A stretch of 64,000 nt of DNA from assembly GCA_050084985.1 (NCBI GenBank), contig JBITNC010000002.1:30070001-30134000 (forward strand), given 5' to 3'. Below the pieces are notes generated by a model. It had not been told where the DNA came from. It was given only the letters and a program-made list of their open reading frames with translations, and did no database searches. Shown here piece by piece: positions 36,101 to 45,159 of the stretch (position 1 is its first letter; each line of letters begins with the position of its first letter). The DNA comes from Nageia nagi. Taxonomy: Eukaryota; Plantae; Pinophyta. A program made the translations under genes and the position numbers.

Positions 36101-36895
36101 TTTTGGCATAGAAATAATTTTGGCACATCACATATTTTCACCAATGTGGCTTCAAAAGGAGCAAGAGTGAACAACTTTTATTTCAAGAGGGAAGGTAATA
36201 GTCTTATGGTGTGCTTCTGTATGGATGCTCTTATATACAAAGATTCTCTCCATTTTCAGTCATCATCCTGTAGACATTTGGTAATCCTTATATAAAATTC
36301 TTCGTGTCCTCCTTCCTTGAGCTTTGGGTAATTCTTGTTATGTCAATAACAGTGGTATTGCTTAGGCATTTCACTAGTACACCAATTTTGACCAATTTTG
36401 GCTTTTCATATCCAAATTGTATCCAATTTGAAAAATTTAATATTTTCTATTTAGATGAATGAGTGGATAAGTATGGAAATCTGAATTAAGTTATGCCAGA
36501 TGGTAAGACTCTTTTCTGTTTTTAGTTGTTTCATCATTTATAGAAATGGTTTTAGTTGTGGTTATTTCTATTTCTTTGCTTCAATAGGATCTTGTGTTGA
36601 TATAAGCTTATTTATATGCTTCTTTTACAGATAATGGGTAAAGTGAATCTTCTATCATCTAAGCCTTTGTCTACTCAACCAGTAGCATGCTTTGATTGGT
36701 AAAATCTCTTAACTTCCAATGTTTATACACATTGTTTTCTACTCTTCTATATAGTTCTTACAGATTGAAGATGGTTTTATATTAATTATACAGCCATGAA
36801 TTTACAGGAGTCCAGACAAAGAAGGATTGGCAGTAATGGGTTCTTTTGATCAGTGTGTTAGAGTTGCTATTGTCACAAACTTAAACAAGATTTGA
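3104..36895 (+). CDS. WDR92: WD repeat protein 92 / dynein axonemal assembly factor 10, 3' portion (7 exons; 5' exons not found in window)
   Basis: Spliced translation [104 protein letters not shown]...[51 protein letters not shown]; matches the recognisable WDR92 C-terminal half; all introns GT-AG with consistent phases. Confidence 0.92.
3292..3368 (+). CDS. WDR92: WDR92 exon ([12 protein letters not shown]...KNG)
   Basis: atgcag|GCTAT...AATGGG|gtaact. Confidence 0.92.
3590..3667 (+). CDS. WDR92: WDR92 exon ([15 protein letters not shown]...QFH)
   Basis: ttgaag|GTATGT...TTTCAT|gtatgt. Confidence 0.92.
3765..3821 (+). CDS. WDR92: WDR92 exon ([19 protein letters not shown])
   Basis: atgcag|GTTTTT...GAGAAG|gtaaat. 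Confidence 0.92.
4278..4630 (-). mobile_element. 5'-truncated LINE 3' end with (TTTC)n tail
   Basis: Terminal ~60 bp closely match 39582-39650 (AAAG repeats, ATTAATGTC, TGACCAAAAGCGGTCAATGGGATT); right boundary approximate. Confidence 0.6.
4631..5791 (-). mobile_element. Gypsy LTR fragments (two LTR 5' ends)
   Basis: Two GGGGACATTACA ends (~5370 and ~5791; reverse complement TGTAATGTCCCC); 4690-4930 resembles the LTR at 43740-44030 and 5150-5290 resembles the reverse complement of 35030-35170. Confidence 0.65.
6412..6564 (+). CDS. WDR92: WDR92 exon ([11 protein letters not shown]...YKYSHPSQR...NG)
   Basis: atgtag|ATGTCT...AATGGG|gtattc; 51 codons, open frame. Confidence 0.88.
7611..7872. 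repeat. Tandem array of ~7 near-palindromic TCTTGTTTAACAAGA units
   Basis: Copies at ~7613, 7676, 7718, 7760, 7790, 7815, 7840, separated by GATCTT-rich spacers. Confidence 0.85.
9349..14822 (+). mobile_element. Giant solo-LTR-like element B (internally deleted), nested in element A
   Basis: Starts TATTGTGCCCGCACAACA, ends TTCCCAACA; TSD CCACC (9344-9348 / 14823-14827); 5' end similar to the 23305 element. Confidence 0.8.
10547..14167 (+). mobile_element. Non-autonomous Gypsy-type LTR element (probably chimeric), nested in element B
   Basis: 5' LTR 10547-11788 (TGTGAGG...CATCACA); PBS-Met TGGTATTAGAGTC at 11791; repetitive internal region without pol; PPT AGGAGGGAGG ~12946-12955; 3' LTR 12959-14167; LTRs diverged and flanks do not match. 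Confidence 0.75.
16067..19588 (+). pseudogene. Degenerate ~1,170-codon gene inside element A (conserved N-terminal domain, acidic/basic disordered middle, predicted coiled-coil C-terminus)
   Basis: ORF pieces 15920-16627, 16754-17221, 17763-17957, 18042-18518, broken by stops and frameshifts; ATG directly after a tttcag acceptor; colinear with 27302-30481; 3' end approximate. Confidence 0.75.
21790..23304 (-). mobile_element. Degenerate Copia fragment (PBS, pre-integrase/integrase, RT pieces); its LTR is interrupted by element C and resumes at 31714-31853
   Basis: ORF 22188-22385 (IHSYVCGPM...[10 protein letters not shown]...[11 protein letters not shown]) is an integrase core; reverse-complement PBS GCTCTGATACC at 22862-22872; AACTCAC/AACCGTG short repeats continue across the element C insertion. 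Confidence 0.75.
24230..25560 (+). repeat. Diverged ~365-bp tandem repeats inside element C
   Basis: GGTAGGGTG(C/G)CAAAT...AAAACCTGCGCCTA-like blocks recur at ~24231, 24607, 24969, 25332. Confidence 0.7.
26259..26761 (-). mobile_element. Small truncated LTR-element insertion (LTR + PBS) inside element C
   Basis: Reverse-complement PBS GCTCTGATACCA at 26463-26474 next to an LTR-like segment ending CTCTAACA; near-TSD TGATA/TGATC. Confidence 0.5.
27302..30481 (+). pseudogene. Degenerate ~1,060-codon gene inside element C, homolog of 16067-19588
   Basis: Motifs shared with the element A gene: ELCYE..K...RRLLD.K..VIMDF..GIE.AF; FY(M/V)[10 protein letters not shown]; VW..YP....HNK; [14 protein letters not shown]; GGD...EDEGE..EL..KR.Q.EH. 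Confidence 0.78.
32191..32921 (+). mobile_element. 5'-truncated retroposed LINE ORF1 C-terminus + 3' UTR + poly(A)
   Basis: ORF 32212-32538 ([20 protein letters not shown]...QPTFGLRK) is homologous to 58968-59150; A-tail 32909-32920; 14-bp TSD TAGTACCTTAGATT / TAGTCCCTTAGATT. Confidence 0.75.
34100..36240 (+). mobile_element. Degenerate Copia pol fragment (integrase C-terminus, RT) interrupted by a Gypsy-type LTR fragment (~35015-36131)
   Basis: ORF 34139-34435 (YILNRSPT...[10 protein letters not shown]...); RT motif [15 protein letters not shown] at ~34970-35010; RT-like sequence resumes after ...CACATCACA at 36131; the insert shares GAGCCCC..GTGGGACATCTCCCTCC with 10670 and 13088. Confidence 0.7.
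36631..36698 (+). CDS. WDR92: WDR92 exon (IMGKVNLL...[10 protein letters not shown])
   Basis: ttacag|ATAATG...GATTG|gtaaaa. Confidence 0.9.
36808..36895 (+). CDS. WDR92: WDR92 last coding exon (SPDKEGL...TNLNKI*)
   Basis: ttacag|GAGTCCA...AAGATTTGA. Confidence 0.92.
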
Positions 36896-39099
36896 CTTCT
36901 GGTATCTTACAATTTGTAAGATATTTTTGTGAGCTAATGTTATTCTTTGTCATCAAGTTGCCTAAAAACTAAGCTTCAAACCTGTTGTTGATGTGCATTG
37001 TTTTGTATCTATACGATATTGAAAAATAGCCATTGAATCCTGGTTTTGTGGTCTTGAGTCTTGCACTTTATAATACAAAAGTGGATTTTTGTTTATCATG
37101 TTTCACTATCAAAGCATTATCAATAGCCAATATTGACATGTCTTTATATGTTAGATATTTGTCTACATAAACCATATATATTATAGAAATTTCAAATGTT
37201 TTTAAAGAAGCTTTGACTATTCGTCAGGATAAGGATACATACACATAATAAATGTCCACTTTTATATTTCTAATTTTTGAACTTAACAGTATAATCCATT
37301 GTATTGAAAAAATTCAGTGTTAAATGCATTATTAATGGGATTGTGCACTTAACAGGAAAAAGAAAGCAGAAGACCGAAAAGAATATGAATTATAAGGATT
37401 CTTAAAATGAGGGTGTAAAATCTCAAACAAAATGGAACAAAACAAAACTTCGAAACCTTAAACCCTAAACTTCGAAAACATAATATGTTAATTTTATGTT
37501 ATTTTCTATTATTATTTTTTTTTCTTCTTTTTTCACAAACCATAACAATAGAACTATGTTATAACTTGCATAGATAAAACCCAAAAAGTAGAATGGATCA
37601 AGACTCTTTACACCAAAACTAAACTATTGAGTATTCATTGGCTAAGTAGAATCATAAAATGTGGCTGTGTTTGAGATAGAAAAAACCAATGAAGGGGGAC
37701 ATCTTTAATGGTTGTCTTTGAAGGTTGAGAAGGAACGTCCTCAAGCTCCAAAAGGAAGTGGAGATCATTGATTAAGGGAATAGAATAGGCAAAACTCCTT
37801 CAAAGGCATCATCTCAATAAAAAATGTCTAAAGATATGAAGTCCCTAAATAAGAGAACAACCTTAAGGCACATAGTAGAGAAAAAGGAAAACAAATGCAA
37901 ACATGTACTTTGGAAGATGATGGCGATGATAAAGTTCTAAAGAAATACAAGGATAACGGAAAGATAGAAGATGATGAACTAGTAAAGAAGAAGACTTCTA
38001 AAAGATCAAAGGAACAAATGATGAAGATATATAAGAGGAAGTTTTAGATAAAGAGGATGACTCTACTGAAGGTGTAACTCCCCTACAATAAAGTTTGGAT
38101 TTTCTTAAAGCTTCCCATAGTCAATCTAAACCAATGCATACAAACTTAGAATTGGATCATTTGATCCAATTATATGGTTCTAAACAAGCCCCTCTATTTC
38201 TCCTCAATCTTCACAATATCTTGACACATTCTCATTATGATGAAAATGATGACACTATCTCAGGAACTGATGTCATGAGTAGAGATGCAAATCTCCAACA
38301 GGATAATATTTTACTCAATTTGTAAGTGGTTATCCATTGAAAGATAAATCTAATGGGCAATGTAACTTTGGGGAAGGTTACGATGAAGAGAACAAAGATC
38401 AATTTCATCACCTCCAAAAAGAACATTAGTGTTTTGAATAAAATAAAATAAAATAGGAAATCAAGGATCTATAAGTACCAAGGTTAAATTCTAAGGAAGT
38501 CAAATTGCAAGTTGCTCAAGGCTTGACAATGCATCGATAGATATATAAATTTATTGAAGAAATGATATGTTTATTTGAAGCTAGTTGTGTATAACTATTA
38601 TGTAAACCTACAGCTATAAATGGAAGAATTAAATGGGGTGAAAAGGGGAAATTGTTGCTTAAAATCTTCAACGAACATGAATAAAAAATAAGAAGATTGA
38701 CAAAAGTTGTGGTGTCTACAGGAAATATGGAGATTTATAAGAACAATGATAAGCTCAAGGGCCTTCATAATTTTTTATTTGATGTTGAGGGGAAGACAAA
38801 GTACATCATTAATGTTTTGGAAAGAGTTATGGATGAAATCATAGCTACTTTTGATGAATTCTAGTTAAAATTACTAGATAATAAAGGAATGCTGCTAAAG
38901 GTTAAGGAAGTAAAATCCTATGTGGTTTACAACCTTAGAACTTGGTTGTTGATACAAGATGTCAACATCTTCAACTCTAGGATTTATTTTTGGTTAGTGG
39001 TTGATATCATGGTTGTTGGAAACTTGGCATCATCAAGGATCGAAATCAAACCTCAAAACTAAGTTTTTGGCATTTTGCTTAGAAATGCAACCCTGCCTG

Positions 39100-39260
39100 C
39101 GTTTCATTAGCCCAAATGTGGTGCCTACCATGTTTCGAGTAAAATGTGACCACGTTTAAGGAACACGATTGCATTTCTAGTAAAACGTGACCACGTTTTA
39201 GAACATGACAACGTTTCTAATAAAACGTGACCATGTTTCATGAACATGACCACATTTCAA
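39100..39260. repeat. Short tandem repeats with AAAACGTG-AC-CACGTTTT palindrome
   Basis: Three copies of TAAAA(C/T)GTGACCA(C/T)GTTT at ~39140, 39181, 39221. Confidence 0.6.
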
Positions 39261-39581
39261 AATAGAGGTGCATTTCGATTGCATTTTCCAATTTTAGCTT
39301 GTCTTGGTCAGCTTTGGCTAACTATCTTAGTTTAGCTTGATTTGATAGTTATCTATGATTTGAAGTTATAGTGTCTACAATGTTTGGTGTGATTTAGAAT
39401 AGAATCTAAAGCTATTTACAATAGATTTGACTGATTGTGATAAGTCTTAAGATAATTTCTCTCAAACAGTCCATGTCTATTCTAATGTATACCAAAGTCT
39501 ATATAAGCATGTACCCATTTCGATCATCTAGAACATGTAGAACAAGCATGTAAGTGTTACAGAGAGATCTTGAGAGCTCTA

Positions 39582-41030
39582 TAAAGAAAGAAAGAAAGAA
39601 AGAAATATATTAATGTCCACAAATGACCAAAAGCGGTCAATGGGATTGAAGAGTGTACAAGTCTAAAGCAGCATGAAGGGCATGATGGCCCTCACTCGAA
39701 GCAAACTAAAAATCTAAGAACAAAATAGGGACTAGTTCCTAGAAGGGGAAAAATAGTCAAATGGAGAAGCATCTCTCGGTTTGACAGTGCCCTCCTAGGC
39801 TGATCTATGTCTGTATCGATGTTGTTGCGACTAAAGAAGGTCATGATCTGCTACGATCTCATAGAACTAAGGTCGATATGCACCCTCTATCTGGTACATC
39901 AAATATGCTGAGGTGGATCATCAATTCTGCCTACAAACACCCTCTTATGAGGCATCTGGGAAGAAAGAGTTAATCAAGCGATCTCCTATCGGGTGCTGAG
40001 AGTCCAATAATAGATGTTTCCTAAGAAGGAAAGTCTCTTTGAGATAGAGTGCTAAACATCGATGGTTTGGGAACTGGAAGAATGTCTAGATCCAGCTATG
40101 TGCATCCCAAAAAAGACAATGGTACCGCCCTCGAATCTCATAATAAACCAAGCATTGGAAGATGAAACAATCTTCACTCTCAGGCTTTATCAAACATAAC
40201 CGACATACTTGAAGGTCACGTGCCAAGTGGTGATCTGACTCGATCCAAAGTGGATGGGAGCACACTCTGAACTGGCCTAGGAACATTTGTAAGCCAACAG
40301 GAAGGTGTAATCGTACGTAGGTAGGAGGTCGAATCAACCCTCTATCAATCCTTAGGAAGTGATGTGAGTAGTGCACTAGCTTGGGTGTGGGGAGACTACA
40401 GAGTAACCCAAGTGCGTTGAATACAGGCCCTGTAAAGCATGTCTCTAGTCGAATCCAACGTAACCTTAGGTTCCCTGTTAGTGTCTCCCTGGAGTATAGT
40501 TAGGTGGTTTGGTGAAAACTCGAAGCGATGTAATGCCTTGGAGACCTCAGAGAACCAACACCAATGATAACCTTGAATTATCAAGTCCATGGATGATGCC
40601 AAGGCTCTGTAGGGGAGTCGGTAATCTCAGCCCGTAGAAGCAAAGGTGTGGAGATGATGAAGAAAGAGGACCATCAATGCAAGGGACCGTATCTGTAAAG
40701 GCTGGAAGCCAAACTCTGCCAACATAATATGGTGCAGAACATACTGCTTACTTTGAATAGAATGGGATAGGGTGCCAACCAAGAGCCTCTCGACTGTGGC
40801 CCAATTCGAGCTCCTCAAGCTAGGGCCCCAAACCTCAAAACCATATAATACTGTGGGAGTGACCAAGGTGTGGAATAACTGGAGCTTGGATGATTTATCC
40901 TGAAAATGGAGCTAGTCACACTGTCTCTCCATGGAGGAGACTATTGCATATCCACATTGAACTTTGGGTGGGGCTGCTGCTCGCATAGAGAATCGAGGTC
41001 CCGTGAAGAGCATAGTCTTGTTTAGGCTAT
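39582..41030 (-). mobile_element. Degenerate LINE ORF2 3' part (RTE/L2-like) with (TTTC)n tail
   Basis: ORFs 40627-40866 (VTPTVLYGFEVWGP) and 40086-40376 (QFRVCSHPLWIE...CRLC...ESEDCFIFQC..YYEIR) are typical post-RT LINE motifs. Confidence 0.75.
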
Positions 41031-41034
41031 AGAA

Positions 41035-42847
41035 TGTGTGTGTGCTCCATGAGAGCACACCCATATGTATAATGTCATATTCTATTAGAATATACACAAG
41101 GTTCATTGTATATGATTATATGTTTGTTATCAATATAGTGTGTGTTTGCTACAACAATCTTATCATAGTTTATTGCTCCATAAATATGTGTTAATTGTTA
41201 CTCCAAGGTTGCTTCTAAAGGTCGACTCATTACTTCATTGGTTTATTGTGGATGTTTGGTTAAACCCAAACCTGTGATCTTGGGTGAGTTGGTGAGAAAA
41301 TTCATCTCTTGTTAAATGTGTTTATGTTTATGCTTTCGCTTGTGAGAGTTCAATAATCTTATCAAGGTTATTGCAACATTGTTTGAGTTGAACCTTTAGA
41401 ATAATTGATGTAGTGAATCTATTGAGATTCTACATTTAGTATTAGAGTTATGTTGAAAAGTGTGAAACTTTTTTCAGCATTAGTTGTAAATTCTTGTAGA
41501 AGATTTATGAAAGTCTTTACAAAAGTGATTGCTTATTGCTCTTGGTATAATGGATAACAACAACTATGAAGTGGAAGATCCAAAACTTGTTGGAGAGGAG
41601 TATATGTTTTGGAATGTCAAAATGAGGACATTCTTGATTGCTTGTGGGAGAGGAATAAGCAAGAAAAAGGAGCAACACCAAAACTGCTTGGCCTTCTTGG
41701 AGATAAAAAAGAGTATGAAGGAGAACACTTTGCCACACATTACAAGTTAAATGACAACTACAAGTGCATGGAAAATAATACAAGATATTTTTGGGACTTC
41801 TTGTGAGCCTAACTATTGTATGAGCAAGGAGAAGCCTTGCATCCTTGAGGAGCCTTGTGTTGAAGAAACTCTTTTCATGGAAGAGAGTTATAATGAAGGT
41901 TATTGTGAGAAACCTTGTGAGATCCTCATTGTTGGAGGCATGTCTTGTGATGAAGGCATGAAACATTGTAATAGTCAATTCTTTCTCATAAAGGGAGAAT
42001 ATGATAAAAAACAAAAATTGTGTTGATGAATGGCATGTTTAGGAAGCATGGACATTGATGATGAAAGTCTCATTGAATAAACAATTGTTGAAAGATCATT
42101 ATATGAGAATGATGATTGTTGTTATGAAGACCACTCCAAAGTGGAAGATTGCTTTTTTGAAGACCACCAAGATGAGGTGGAGTTCCTGAAGAATGTCTCA
42201 CGAAAGAGGCATATGATGAATTATGTCTTATGGAGGAGTTACCAAAATTTGAAGAAGATTCATATTATGATACCACACTAATTCTCATGGAGGAGAATGT
42301 TGAAGACAAGGAGCCAACACTTCAACACAATGGTTGGCTTGCTTATGTTGAATGGAAGGTTGCTTTATTGAAAAAGCAAATTTGAAAGAGGAAGATGGAG
42401 GAGAAACACTCATGGAAGAGCATGTTTATTTGAAGATGACTCACATAAAATGGATGAATATTTGAGAGCTCACTCATATGGAGTGAGAGATGATTGTCTT
42501 GTTGAGAAGAAAAATATTTTGTGAGATGATTACCCAAGTCTTGAAGAGGAAAAAGAGATGCAAGCTATTAGCTTCATGCTCATTGATGATCACTCACCAA
42601 GAGTGAGGTTTGATGAATATTATCTTATGGATGAGATATAGGAAGAAAACAAGATTGATGAACATCAAGTTGTAATCACTATGGAGACATTAATTGTTGA
42701 AGATGGAGATCACTCACATGGAGTGAATGCAATGAAGAATGGGAGTTTTCTTGGAAAGGTAGCATTGTATGAAGAGGCGCCATGGAGGTACCTTGTTGAA
42801 AAAGAAGAAATGGTTGCTTATGAAGCAACAACACCAAAGCTACAACA
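41035..42847 (+). mobile_element. Degenerate non-autonomous Copia-like element (LTR, PBS, gag N-terminus, acidic/Cys-rich tail)
   Basis: LTR-like 41035-41434 ending TCTACA; degenerate PBS TAGTATTAGAG; ORF PKLVGEEYMFWNVKMRTFL is a Copia gag N-terminal motif. Confidence 0.6.
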
Positions 42848-45130
42848 TGTGATGAGCCATTCTAGGGCTCACTCCTCAAACGTGCCCTACTAGAGGGGTG
42901 TTTGGCTTCAAGCTTCCAAATTAGTCTAGACAACTCAAAAATGCACCAAATATCCAACTTCTAGCTAATTTGAGTAATTAAACACTTTGAACATGCAAAA
43001 ATACCTATAATAATTCAACATTACAGTAGGGAAGCATAAACAAAAGTTAACAATGAAAATATACTTCCAGATCCAATGTCAAACTTAGGAGAAAAATCCA
43101 TATTTTAACAATGCAAAACTTATTCCAAAAATCAACATCCAAGCATAGAGAGATAAATAGCAATATTTCGATAAAAAAATGTAATTGTATTGATAAAATG
43201 ATAGCAGAAGCATAATTATAATATTTTTGCCAACCTAAGGAGTTTGTATTAGGATTGTCTCCAATAGGGTTATTTTGTATGGCTCCAGGGCCTCACTAAT
43301 CCTAGAAGCAGTGAGGCAAAGACCATGTCTCCTTTGTAGCAACTGTGATGGAACCAACAACATTCCTCTTAAAATGGCTAGAGTAAGTTCAAGGGTAGCC
43401 TCCTATCACCTCGATACCTCAAATGCTGGTTGCCCTACAAGTGGCAAAGAAAGAGTTCTCACAATTCAAAAAAGGGATTTATATTCAATAATTAACATAT
43501 CTCACAATGGCTATGAGTTTCCTTTTATACGTGAGGGTGATCATCTTTTAATTTTGCATTGAGATGATCTGACAGTTGAGATATGTGATCCATGTGCTCA
43601 TATATGCAACGTCCAAGATGAACAACCTTGGGATGGATGAAATCACATCTAAGGGCTAAGAATGCCAACGTCCAAGAGGGGGTGATGCTAGAGCATCTCA
43701 TGATCAATGTCATAGGTCCATGTGCCTAAAAGGGCCAACATGGGCTCTTGGGATGCTCCCATGCCCAACATCCATGCTCTGGGATCGTCCACTTGCCTTG
43801 AGATTACCAATGCCTAGTTTGAAGTACCACATCCATCCTTGGATCTCCAAATGACCTCGTAGTCGATGCAATCACCTAAGGGGATACTCTATCTCGATGA
43901 GATGAGCACTAATGATTAGAGATACATTTAATGCCAATATTACAATCATCAAAGCTAAAATATGCAACACCTCGTTTAGGGAGACTAATATTGCATTTAC
44001 AAATGTAGTTGCCTTAGTATTATAAATACAACATTTATTGGTATTCTTGCAATTAATTAAATAAAAATAAATAAATAAAAGGGTCATTTATTCCATAATT
44101 AGAGCTTTGTTAAATCTTCAAGTGGAATTTATAACATTTTGGCCAAATTCTACAATAATAGACAAAATCACTTCTAAATTAATGTTCCCATTTATTAGAA
44201 ATGAAATGAGAAAAACACCATAAAAATGGGGACATTACAAGTCCTCCCTACCCAAATCGCTTGTCCCTAATGGATTCAAATGTTCTCCATATTTACTCGG
44301 GAGAGCATCACTATTTTCCTAGGTGGCATCATCAAGGGGTAACACTTTCCATCTAAATAGGTATTCGATGATGTCATGATTCTTTAGTTTCTTGACTCGA
44401 GTATCCAAGATTGCCTCTTGTTCTAATATTAATTTTCCCTCATCATCCAATGGGGGCAATTTTGAAGAAGGGATCACGTGTTGTCCTAATGCCTTTTTGA
44501 GGTAGGATACATATAAAACATTATGGATCTTGCTTTGGGGTAATAGTTCTAGTTCGTAGGCTCCCTCTCCCACACAACATTGTACCTTATAAGGTCCAAA
44601 GAAACGTGATTTAAGATTTTTTATTTCACTCTTCTTATAGGATGATTGTTTGTAAGATTGAAGATGTAGATACACCATGTCCCCTACTTCAAAGCTTCTT
44701 TCGGTGTGATGCTGGTTTGCATACCTTTTTTGCTGATTATGTGCTTGTTGGATATTGTCTTTTAAAGCCCTCAATATGTCTTGATGTTCTTGAATAAAGT
44801 CATAGGCCTTAGGGACCTTGATTTCATTGATAAAAACATCCATAAAGTGAGGCGCTTCATACCCATATAGTGCTTCAAATGGGGACATCTTAATCGACAT
44901 GTGGTAGGTAGAGTTATAACAATATTCCCCTAGATGAAGCCATTTGACCCAAGTTTATTATTGATTTGAGACATAATTCCTTACGTATACCTCTATCCAT
45001 TTGTTAGCGATTTCTGTTTGTTCGTTGGTTTGAGGATGGTAGCTAGTGCTAAGAGTCAACTTGGTGTTTGCTAAATTGAACACCTCTTGCCAAAATGCGC
45101 TCATAAACTTGCTTTTACGATTCCTAACAA
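42848..45130 (-). mobile_element. Gypsy chromovirus 3' fragment: integrase/chromodomain, PPT, 3' LTR (42848-44239)
   Basis: ORF 44319-44900 (MSPFEALYGY...FEVGDMVYL...FFGPYKV...EYLFRWKVLPLDDAT); PPT reverse complement TCCTCCCTACCC; LTR TGTAATGTCCCC...CTCATCACA on the minus strand. Confidence 0.85.
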
Positions 45131-45159
45131 TGCTCTTGGGTATTTTTTTACCTAAATCC

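Noticed and set aside
37445-37475. Interstitial telomeric repeat
   Set aside because: Only one or two AAACCCT-like units; too short to support
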